Assembly: GCA_963745025.1 (NCBI GenBank)
Contig: CAVUWD010000016.1
Span: 352,001 to 416,000, forward strand
Direction: 5' to 3'
Source of the DNA: an uncultured delta proteobacterium
Lineage (GTDB): Bacteria > Desulfobacterota > Binatia > JACPRU01
Length of the DNA stretch: 64,000 nucleotides
The first letter of the stretch is position 1; each line of letters begins with the position of its first letter. Below the pieces are notes generated by a model. The model was not told the origin of the DNA, did no database searches, and saw nothing but the letters and a program-made list of their open reading frames with translations. Position numbers and translations under genes: made by a program. This document shows, one piece after another, positions 49,278-58,600 of the stretch.

Positions 49278-52200
49278 CAGTCGTCTCCTTTGCCCGCGAT
49301 CTTCACCAGCTCTCCCGCGAGATAGCGCTTCATGAACTCACTCTCGTTGTCGGGCGTGTAGCCGGTCGTCGCCGGCGCCCAGATGCCCTTGCCGCCGAGG
49401 CCGCCGTCCTCGGCCTTGGTGACGCGCACCAGCGTCTCCTTCGGCACGGTGTTGACGGCGTGGTTGTCGGCCTCGCCGCCGAAGATGAAGCCCATCGTCG
49501 CCTTCGCCTTGTGGAAGAGCGTGTCGGTCTGGTGCATCGGCATGTGCCAGTTGCGCGTGATCGACTGCTGCGAGCCGTAGCGGAGGTTGGCCTGGTAGCC
49601 GGTGTTCGGCGGAGAGCGCGCGGCCGTCGGGCCGGGTCTCGTGCGCCTTGCACGCTCTTCTCGGTGGCGATGAACGGCGCGTGCTTCATCATCACGATGT
49701 TGTAGGGATAGGCGTGGTTGTACTTGACGCGCAGCATGCAGCGCGCCACCTGGTAGAACGGGTCGTCCGGCTTCGCGCCCGATGTAGGGCCGGTCGGCCG
49801 GGTTGGCGTCGACGTAGACGTAGTCGCCGTCGTTGATGCCCAGGTCGCGCGCCGCCTGCGGGTTCATGTGCAGCTGGTGCTCGCCGACGCACGGGCGCGC
49901 GCTTGTCCAGCCGGTAGGGGTCGCCGAAGTTCGAGTCGTAGAGCATGTGCCAGTCGACGTTGGACCAGCGACGAGTGCACGCGGTGCCGCGTCTTCGGCG
50001 TCAGGCAGTAGAACTGGAAGCCCTTCTCCCAGAGGAAGTTCTTCGTCGTCTTGCACCTGCGCCCACGGCATCTTGACGTTGCGGATCGGTGCGCTCGTCC
50101 CAGTGCTCGGCCGTCGCGCGAGATGCCGTAGTCGTCGGGCCGGACGAGCGGGTTCGTGCTGACGATCACGTTGGGCAGGTACGGCGTCGCCTCCGGCCCC
50201 TCGCGGTGGACGATGAAGTTCTCGCCGTACTCGATCGCCTCGGGCACGTCGGCGTAGGCGTGCAGCCGCCCGGTGTCGGTGTGGAACGGCTCGGTGTCGT
50301 GCACCTGCTCGTAGAACGGGATGCGCGGGTAGGTGCGGAAGTTCATCAGCGCGCCGCCCGGCGGGCCGTACTTGCCGGCCATGATGTCGTCGACCGTGTA
50401 GCCGCGCGGTCGTCGTGCGAGGTGTCGAGCAGGCGCTGCAGGTAGACGCTCGCGCTTGCCTTCGTAGCGTCGAACTTGAAGCAGTCGGCGAAGCGCTGGT
50501 CGCCGGTCACCTCGCGCCAGCGCCTCGGCGATGCCGGCCAGGATCGCCAGGTCGTCCTTGCTGTCGAAGACCGGCGGGATGCCGCCCTTCCAGATCTGCA
50601 GGAACGGGTTCGAGCAGCTCGCCGTCACCTCGAGGTCCTCGAACTCGAGCCACGAGTTGGCCGGCAGCGCGATGTCGGCGTACTCGATCGACGCGGTCAT
50701 CTCGATGTCGATCGAGACGATCATCTCGATGTTCGGGTTGACGTTCTTGATCATCTCGTAGGCCCACTTGGCGTTGTTGATCAGGTTCACGTTGGTGAAG
50801 ATCAGATCGCCTTGGTGGGCGTCGGCATGTGGCGTCTCGCCGGTGAAGTTCTTGCGGCCGTACTTCGGGCGTGTCGACGATCAGCGCGCTTGTCGCCGTG
50901 GTTCCAGTAGGCCGGCTCCTCGTCCTTGGTGTAGGCGTGGGCGTGGACGTCCTTGCCCGGCGCCGTTCGGGTCGAGCGTCGGCTGCGAACGGGTCTTCCG
51001 CCACCCAGCCCTTGAAGCCCGGGCCCGGTCCACGGCGAGCCCTGGAAGAGCGCGGCCTTGTAGTTGCCGGCCCAGGTGTGGCAGCCGGCGCCGCGGCTTG
51101 CCGATGTTGCCGGTCAGCATCAGCGGCAGGTAGGCGGCGCGGTTCATCTCGGTGGCGTGGAACCAGTGGTTGATGCCTTCGCCCTGGTGGATGGCGACCG
51201 GGCTTGATGCGTCGCGATGTCGTGCGGCGAGCTGCTCGATGAGCGTCTTGCGGCGCGCGCGTGATCTCGGCGACGGTGTCGAGGTCGTAGTCCTGCGAGG
51301 TGGATCTGGTAGAGCGTCCAGAGCGTGGCGCACCTCGACCGTCTTGCCGTCGGCGAGCTTCACCTTGAAGCGTGCCCTCGAGCGCCGGATCGATGCCGTC
51401 CTTCGCCATCGTCGTCGCCGACCTCGTCGCGGGTGATGGCGCGCGGGCGCCTTCGTCTTCGCGTCCCACACCACGTAGTCGCCGAGCTTGCGCGTGCTGC
51501 TCGCTCGGTGAGGCCCTGGATCTTCATGGACGGGCCCGTCGGGCGCGAGCGCCGTCTGGTAGCCGGGGAACACCTCGTGCGGCGCGCAGCCGCTGCAGCG
51601 TGTCGGTGCGGACGAGCAGCGGGAAGTCGGTGAAGCTGCTTGACGAAGGCCTCGTCGTAGCTGCTTCTTGTCGATCATCAGGCGCGTGATGCCGAGGAAC
51701 AGCGCCGCGTCGGTCTGCGGCCGGATGGGAATCCAGTAGTCGGCCTTGGTCGACGGCGGCCCGTATTCCGGCGCGATGACCACGATCTTGCCGCCGCGCT
51801 CCATGCGTCTCGATGAACCAGTGCGAGTCGGTCAGCTTGTTCTCGACCAGGTTCTTGCCGTCCATGATGATGAGCTTGCGAGAACCGCAGGTCGTTGAAG
51901 TCGCAGTCCGACGCCTGCAGCCCGTGCACCCACGGATGCCCGGGCGCCTGGTCGCCGTGCCAGGTGTAGTTCGACCAGTTGCGGCCGGCCGTGGCCTCGC
52001 TCCGGCTCGACGCCGCGGATCTTGGCGTCGAGCAGGGCCAGCGAGTTGTTGAGCCGGTACATGCCGTACTTGCCGATGACGCCGAGCAGGCCCATGCCGC
52101 CGCGCATCTTGAACGTGCGGGTGCCGGCGCCGCCCATGGCCTTGACCATCTCCGGCTGATAGCCCTGCGCGAGCAGCCGCTTCGCGCCGTCCTCGCCGCT

Positions 52201-52796
52201 GTAGCGCCGGGCGATGGCGTCGAGCGCGCGGGCGATGTACGTGAACGCGTCCTCCCACGAGATCTGGACGAACTCGTCCTCGCCGCGGCGCGTCGAAGTA
52301 GGTACTTCGTCTTGAGCTCCGGCGTCAGCTCGGGGAAGCCGGCGTCGGCCCAGGCCTTCCAGCCCTTGCGCACGATCGGGTGGCGCAGGCGGTACGGGCC
52401 GTAGAGCACGCGGTGGAAGGTGTAGCCCTTGGCGCACTGCCGCGGGTTCCAGTTGATGCGTCGCGTGGTTGCCGTAGAGGTCGGCGTACTTCTGGTAGTC
52501 GTAGGTGGCGCCGCGGCGGACGACGATGCCGTTGCGGACGTAGGCGCGCACGCGGCAGGCGTGCGTGTCGTTTGGCGAGCAGACCCAGTCGAAGGCGGAG
52601 TCGTAGCGGTACTGGTCGCGGTAGATCTTCTCCCAGTCGCGGGTCGGCGAGCCGGCGAGCGGGATTCTGGTCGGGATCGGCGGCGGCGAAGAGCTGAGCG
52701 GCAGCGCGCCTCGAGGCCGCGGCTGCGCCGGTGCCGATGCCGAGCCAGCGCAGGAAGTTGCGCCGGGTCAAATCCGAGAAGCGACGCGTCGTTCAT
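49274..52796 (-). CDS. nxrA: Nitrite oxidoreductase alpha subunit, periplasmic Nitrospira/anammox type (many frameshifts)
   Basis: Tat TRRNFL; WVCSPNDTHACR, WNPRQCAKGYTFHR, NYTWHGDQAPGHP, GEGINHWFHA, TPKTRHRVHS and NTVPKETLV. Confidence 0.85.
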
Positions 52797-52823
52797 GGCT
52801 TCGTCCTCGCCGTGTTCGTCAGT

Positions 52824-54412
52824 TCACTTGTCGATGCAGCAGCTCCTGCCAGATCGTCACCGACTTCTTGCCGTCGCGGTCGCCGGCGCTGCCGTTCCAC
52901 ACCGCGAAGGCGACCGGGCACGCGGTCGCCCGGCGCGAGCGTCACGCCGCCGGCCTCCTTGGCCGGCGAGCGGGCGCGCGTAAACTGCACGCGGTACGAG
53001 CCGTCGTCGTAGACGCCCTTGGCCGACGACCGACTGGTCGATCGTCGGACGCGCGCGCAGCGTGCCGAAGCCCTGCGCCGTCAGGTCCTCCGCCGCGCTT
53101 CGCCGCGTCGGGTCGGCGACGATGTTGCCGGCGCCCCAGGCGGTGACGAACGTCGGATCGGACTCGAGCGTCAGCGCGTGGCGCATGCGGCTGCTCGAGC
53201 GGCGACTTGAGGAGGTTCGGATACGAGTCGATGCCGAGGTTCGGGTAGATCTTCTCGAGGTCCTGGAAGGCCGGCTCGAGGTCGGCCTGCCGCTCCGACT
53301 TCCACATCCAGATGTTCGACGAGCTGCCCCCGGCTGTCCCATCGCGAAGAACGGCGGATCGGGCGTGAGCGCGAGAGCTCGACGGCGGCCGCGTCGCGGA
53401 AGTCCTGCGGCCGCATCGCCGTCTCGTCGTGCGTCGCGTCCTCCCACGACGAGCAGAAGCGCGATCTCCTTGCCGTCGTGGAGCGCGCGCACCGTCAGCT
53501 CCTCGGGCCGATCGGTGCGCCACCAGAGCGGCATCAGGTGGAGGTTCACGGCGGGCGTCGTCGCGCCAGATGCCGGCGTCGGGATGATCCGGCAGCGTCT
53601 CGGCACGCGGGTTGCCGACGATGCGTGAAGCGGCGCATCTCGGCACTGCGCCCGCTGCGCGTCGCTCGACAGCGATCGCACGAAGTGGACGAGGTGCCAG
53701 GCGTCGTCGCCGTGAGGTCCACTCGCTCTGCGGCATCGGCGATCCAGGCATTCCTGCGACGATGCGGCGGTAGAGACTCTCCGCAGCGTGGGCTTCCCTT
53801 GAAGACGCCGATCGTCAGGTCGCGCGGCCGGGTCGGCAGGCCCGTATCGAGTCGATCTGCATCTGCGACGCCGTCTCCCCGGGCGGTCGCGCCGTGACAG
53901 GAGGCGCAGCCCTCGCGGAAGAGCTGCGCGGCGCGCGCCTTTGCGGCCGCGTCATAGGGAGGCTCGGGCGGAACGGTGATGACGCCCGTGCCGACGTGCG
54001 CCGGCTTTCCGGGTCGTGAGGCAGGCTGGACTTGGAGCGGCGTCTCGACGAGCGACTTGACGTAGGCACGAGCGCCCACCGCGTGTCTTCCGAGCAGGTG
54101 CCCCCACGAGGGCATCGCCGAGCCCGGCATGCCGCGCGAGATCGTCTGAAAGAGATCGTCGTCGGTGGGCACGCCGTCCCAGGTCGAGACGAGGCGAAAT
54201 TTGCCGGCACGAAAGTTCCGCGGCCGCGGGTAGAGCAGGTACGACGCCTCACCGTCGCCGCGTCCCTCGATGCCGTGGCACGGCGAGCACTGCTTGGCGT
54301 AAACCTGCTTGCCGAGAGCGATCGCCTCGGGGGAAGTCGGCGCGCTTCCCGCGATGGCCAAGGTCGCCGAGAATAGGATCAGAATCGCGCAACGAACTGC
54401 TCCTTTGATCAC
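52824..54412 (-). CDS. Dihaem cytochrome c fused to an EBDH-gamma-type haem domain (NxrC-like; frameshifted)
   Basis: Signal peptide; CSPCH, CASCH and PRPRNF; then VRALHDG, NIWMWK, AQGFGTL and GDRDGKK. Confidence 0.75.
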
Positions 54413-54443
54413 GAGCACCTCCGACAAGTTCCGTCGCGAGGAA

Positions 54444-54459
54444 AGCAAGAACGGAACCA
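54444..54459 (-). promoter_or_regulatory. sigma54 promoter (nxr operon)
   Basis: Minus strand TGGTTCCGTTCTTGCT. Confidence 0.65.
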
Positions 54460-54566
54460 TACGGGGAGGCGCAACCAAATTTGTGTTTCAAAAATATTGT
54501 TGTCTCCATTGGGTACAGTTCTGACTCGAACGGATTCAAAGAATCATTGGCCAGCTGAATGTCTGA

Positions 54567-54582
54567 TGGCATAAGCATTGCG
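54567..54582 (+). promoter_or_regulatory. sigma54 promoter (DUF2249 operon)
   Basis: TGGCATAAGCATTGCG. Confidence 0.7.
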
Positions 54583-54617
54583 ACCAATCTGAATTCATCA
54601 CAATCAAGAAGTGAATT

Positions 54618-54812
54618 ATGAACGGCCACGTTCTCCGCCCGCGCATCGTGAGCGATCACGGCCCCAAGCCGCTCTACTACACGTTTCACGCGGAGCTGCC
54701 GGGACGGTTCTCCTGGACCTACCTCCAGCAGGGCCCTGAGATCTGGCGCGTACGGATCGGCAAGGCCGCTCCTTCGGCTCGCTCCGGGAGCGGCTCGGGA
54801 GCAGGATGTTGA
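54618..54812 (+). CDS. DUF2249-like small protein (possibly N-truncated)
   Basis: DHGPKPLYY..FSWTYLQQGPEIWRVRIGK. Confidence 0.7.
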   Translation: MNGHVLRPRIVSDHGPKPLYYTFHAELPGRFSWTYLQQGPEIWRVRIGKAAPSARSGSGSGAGC

Positions 54813-55936
54813 AGCGCTCCCCGCTGCGATTCCCGGCCTTGGCCGCAGGCATGCTCTCGCTCCTCGTCGGTCTGTGGACCGGGCTCGAGCGGCTGGGCTG
54901 GCCGCTCCCCGAGCCGCGCGCCGGCTTCAGTGCCGTCCACGGGCCCCTCATGATCTCGGGCTTTCTCGGGATGGTGATCGCTCTGGAGCGCGCGGTGGCT
55001 TTCGGAAACACCTGGCCATTCGTCGCTCCCGCGTTCACGGCGCTAGGAGCGCTGGCGCTGATTCTCGGTCTGCCCGGGACTGCGCCGGCTCTTTTCATGC
55101 TGGCAGGAAGCCTCGGCCTCGCCGCGGTGCTCATCACGGTCCTTCGCGAGGAACGTCAGCCGGGCGCCGCTGTCATGGTCCTCGGAGCTCTCGCGTGGGT
55201 CGCTGGCAATTTGCTGTGGCTCCGCGGGTTCTTGGTGGCGAGGGTCGTCTCGTGGTGGATCGGCTTCCTCGTGTTGACGATCGCCGGCGAGCGTCTCGAG
55301 CTCAGTCGGGTGCTTCACCTCTCGCGCGCCCGTCGGCTCGCCTTCGGCGGGACCATCGCGCTCCTCTTGCTCGGGCTCTCGTCAGGCGGCCTCTTCTCCG
55401 CGGTTGGCGCTCGCCTGACAGGCATCGCCTGGCTGGGTCTCGCGCTCTGGCTCGCGGCGAACGACGCCGCGAGGCGCACCGTGCGGCTAGGCGGGCTCGC
55501 TCGCTTCAGCGCCGTTTGCCTTCTCTCCGGCTATGTCTGGCTCGGCGTCGCCGGCCTGCTCGCGATCCGCTGCGGCGCCGTCGTCGTCGGACCCCTCTAC
55601 GACGCCGTGCTCCACGCCGTCTTCGTGGGCTTCGTCTTCGCGATGATTTTCGGCCACGCGCCGATCATCTTTCCGGCGGTCCTCGGCGTGCCGATTCCGT
55701 TTCGCGCCGCGTTCTATGCCCACCTCGTGCTGCTTCACGCCTCTCTTGCGCTCCGTCTCGCGGGCGATCTCTCGGCTCTGACGGAGATCCGCGCGTGGGG
55801 CGGAGCCCTGAACGCGGCGAGCATCGTTCTCTTCCTGTTCAACACGGCGCGCGCGGCGCTCACGGCAGACCTCGGCAGACGAGTCGCCGCCGAGCGGGTG
55901 CTGGCGTCGCCTCCCACGCCGGGAGCTAGCGCATGA
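54806..55936 (+). CDS. Polytopic membrane protein (NnrS-like)
   Basis: About 12 TM segments; HGPLMISGFLG..LERAVA, GERLEL and HAVFVGFVFAMIFGHAP. Confidence 0.7.
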   Translation: MLKRSPLRFPALAAGMLSLLVGLWTGLERLGWPLPEPRAGFSAVHGPLMISGFLGMVIALERAVAFGNTWPFVAPAFTALGALALILGLPGTAPALFMLAGSLGLAAVLITVLREERQPGAAVMVLGALAWVAGNLLWLRGFLVARVVSWWIGFLVLTIAGERLELSRVLHLSRARRLAFGGTIALLLLGLSSGGLFSAVGARLTGIAWLGLALWLAANDAARRTVRLGGLARFSAVCLLSGYVWLGVAGLLAIRCGAVVVGPLYDAVLHAVFVGFVFAMIFGHAPIIFPAVLGVPIPFRAAFYAHLVLLHASLALRLAGDLSALTEIRAWGGALNAASIVLFLFNTARAALTADLGRRVAAERVLASPPTPGASA

Positions 55937-56229
55937 CCGAGAGCGAGGTTTTCGACGCGCTGCGAGATGTCGTCGATCCGGAGCTCGGAATCAACGTCGT
56001 CGATCTCGGCCTCGTGTACGGTGTCGAGGTCGAGAAGAGCCGAGTGCGCGTCATCATGACGATGACCTCGCGTGCCTGCCCGCTCTCCCTCCATGTCGCG
56101 GAGATGGCCGAGACGGCGATCCGCTCTCGTGATCCCCGCCTCGAGGACGTCCGAGTCGACGTCGTCTGGGACCCGCCATGGCATCCGGAGCGCATTGCCG
56201 GGCCCGCTCGGCGTATACTTGGATGGTGA
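55933..56229 (+). CDS. DUF59/SufT-like metal-sulfur cluster assembly factor
   Basis: VVDPELGINVVDLGLVY, MTSRACP and VWDPPW. Confidence 0.9.
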   Translation: MTESEVFDALRDVVDPELGINVVDLGLVYGVEVEKSRVRVIMTMTSRACPLSLHVAEMAETAIRSRDPRLEDVRVDVVWDPPWHPERIAGPARRILGW

Positions 56230-56336
56230 GCCGAAGGGACCTTGGCACCGCTCCTTACGTAGAGGAGCTTGATGGGCGCCTGCCCCTATGCGACGCTCCC
56301 GGCGTGAAGCGCGACCCCGGCGGTAAAGGCTCTTCC

Positions 56337-57797
56337 GTGGTGACGCAGCCGATCTACTTTCATCTCCTCTTCGAGCACGAGCTCATCGAGTTGCGACCGA
56401 TCCTCGAGGCGCTCGGCCGGCGCCGGGATGAGGTGCTTCGGCATTGGTACCAGCTCTATCACCTCCACTTCGCCGAAAAGCGAACGCTATCCGAGCCCGA
56501 GTTCTTGCAAATCCACGGCCCGGACATCGACGCGACGAGCTGGAGGTTGATCGCTGGGGACTTCGACCGTTTCGTGACCGAGGTGCGCGCCGTCGGCGAG
56601 AAGCTTGCAGCCCGCGGCGTGCCGTTCGCCGAGGTCGTGGCGTCGATGCACTTCTTCGAGCAGGCGGCGAGCCAGGTGTTCGGCGTCGTCGGCGCAGTTG
56701 GCCCGAGCATCTACGTGTCGTTCGACAAGGTCAGCCACTGCCGGATGATCGTGCTGGCGGATGCCTATTTTCGAAGCAACCAGGCCGTGTCGGCCGCCCG
56801 CATCTACGAGCTCGAACGCGACGCAGCCGCGCTCGGCGACGTTGGCCGCAGACGCTTCCGGGGCCTCGTCGGTGCGAGCGTGTCGATGCATGAGCTCTAC
56901 GAGCGAATCGAGGCGGCGGCGGCGACGCGAGGGACGGTCTTGCTGGTCGGAGAGAGCGGCACCGGCAAGGAGCTGGTCGCCCGCGCGCTCCACGAGTGCG
57001 CCGCAGCTCCGCGCGCCGCGTTCGTCGCGCTCAACTGCGCCGCGATTCCCCGCGAGCTGATCGAGAGCGAGCTTTTCGGCTACAAGCGGGGTGCGTTCAG
57101 CGGCGCGGCGACGGAGTACCTCGGCCTGTTTCGCGCAGCCGAGGGAGGCACGATCTTTCTCGACGAGGTCACCGAGATGAGCCCGGAGACGCAGTCCAAG
57201 CTCTTGAGAGTCATTCAGGAGCGGACGGTGCGCCCCGTCGGCTCGACGACCGAGGTGGCCGTGAACGTCCGGCTGGTCGCTTCGACGAACCGAGATCCCG
57301 AGGAAGCGGTCAGCGGGGGAAAGTTGCGCCGTGATCTCTACTACCGCTTGCACGTGAACGTGCTGAAGGTGCCGCCGCTCCGCGAGCGACGCGACGACAT
57401 CCCGCTGCTCGTCGATCACTTCATCACCCTGTTCAACGAAAAACTGCGGCCCGCCGTTCCGGTGCTTGGAATCGACGGCGAAGCGCTCTCCGTGTTGCAA
57501 CACTATGACTGGCCGGGCAACGTTCGCGAGCTGCAGAACGTGATCGAGGCGGCGTTCACCTTCGGGCGCAGCGATACGATCCGATTGAGCCAGCTTCCCC
57601 GCGAGATCTCACGGGAGTCCGTGGCGCCACCTCCGCTCATGTCCGGGCTGCTCCCCACCTTCGCCGACGCGGAGCGCGAGCTCGTCCAGCGGGCGCTCGA
57701 CTCGACCTCGGGAAACAAGGTGCAGGCGGCGAGGCTGCTGCGCATCTCGCGAAAGAAGCTCTACGCCAAGATCGCCAAGTACGGTCTGCGGGAGTGA
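56337..57797 (+). CDS. sigma54-dependent enhancer-binding protein with helical (RsbRD_N/globin-like) sensor and Fis HTH
   Basis: GESGTGKE, ESELFG, GAFSGA, FLDEV, WPGNVREL and C-terminal HTH; start uncertain. Confidence 0.92.
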   Translation: MVTQPIYFHLLFEHELIELRPILEALGRRRDEVLRHWYQLYHLHFAEKRTLSEPEFLQIHGPDIDATSWRLIAGDFDRFVTEVRAVGEKLAARGVPFAEVVASMHFFEQAASQVFGVVGAVGPSIYVSFDKVSHCRMIVLADAYFRSNQAVSAARIYELERDAAALGDVGRRRFRGLVGASVSMHELYERIEAAAATRGTVLLVGESGTGKELVARALHECAAAPRAAFVALNCAAIPRELIESELFGYKRGAFSGAATEYLGLFRAAEGGTIFLDEVTEMSPETQSKLLRVIQERTVRPVGSTTEVAVNVRLVASTNRDPEEAVSGGKLRRDLYYRLHVNVLKVPPLRERRDDIPLLVDHFITLFNEKLRPAVPVLGIDGEALSVLQHYDWPGNVRELQNVIEAAFTFGRSDTIRLSQLPREISRESVAPPPLMSGLLPTFADAERELVQRALDSTSGNKVQAARLLRISRKKLYAKIAKYGLRE

Positions 57798-57914
57798 CGA
57801 GCGCCACGCGGCGCTCGCCGAGCGCGGCCTCCTGGCCGCAACCGAAACGTCGCAGGGTGACGATGCGCCCGACCGCGTATCTTCGCGCGAAGGGCGATTC
57901 TCGACCCCAGTAGA

Positions 57915-58574
57915 TCAGGCACTCGTGACCAGCGGCCCCAGATAGACGACCTCTGCGCGGACGAGGTCATGGACCGCGCCGACCAAGGCGGGGAAGGGGG
58001 GAAGCGCCCGTTCCCGCAAGACCTTCGCGCGCAGGTGCGGCAGCCAGCGGCTCGGATGGCGCTCGAGGAAATCCTTCTGTGCTCTGCGATACGGGCTCGG
58101 ATCCAGCCCCCGCGTGAGCGCCGCGAGCTCCTTGAACGTGAGGTAGTGCAGGAACTCGAGCTGGACCGTCAGATGGTCGGGGAGCTCGCGCCTTTCGGGT
58201 GAGAGCGCGAGGCCGAAGTGCTCGTAGAAGCGAAGGAGGTCCTCCATCACCTGCATTCGGCCCCCGCCGCGATACTCGCCCTCGTAGAGAGTGCAAGGAG
58301 GGGGGCCTTTCGGCCCGACGTCGAAGAGGCGAATGTACTCTGCCTGGAAGTCCGTGTAACCGAAGGACGCAACCAGCGCGTCGCGGACCAGGACGAGGGA
58401 ATACGGCAGGGCCTCGGCAGCTCCCAGCAGCGCCTGACCATAGGCGCCGGCCTCGAGCTGCTCGTGCAACTCGGGGGTCGGGAACTGCAGGACCGCGGCG
58501 AGCAGGCTGTAGAGGCGACTTCGGCTTGCGGTCCGTATCGCCTCGGGGCTCTCCAAGGAGTCGAGCTGGATCAC
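57915..58574 (-). CDS. Delta chaperone (EbdD/TorD family)
   Basis: EYIRLFDVG, RFYEHFGL, ELPDHLTVQLEFLHYL and AQKDFLERH. Confidence 0.9.
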   Translation of the reverse strand: MIQLDSLESPEAIRTASRSRLYSLLAAVLQFPTPELHEQLEAGAYGQALLGAAEALPYSLVLVRDALVASFGYTDFQAEYIRLFDVGPKGPPPCTLYEGEYRGGGRMQVMEDLLRFYEHFGLALSPERRELPDHLTVQLEFLHYLTFKELAALTRGLDPSPYRRAQKDFLERHPSRWLPHLRAKVLRERALPPFPALVGAVHDLVRAEVVYLGPLVTSA

Positions 58575-58600
58575 GTGAGGTCTCCTCGCAGCGATCGCCT

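Noticed and set aside
47900-54100. Programmed frameshifting or RNA editing of the nxr genes
   Set aside because: Too many indels and no shared slippery motif; sequencing error is more parsimonious.
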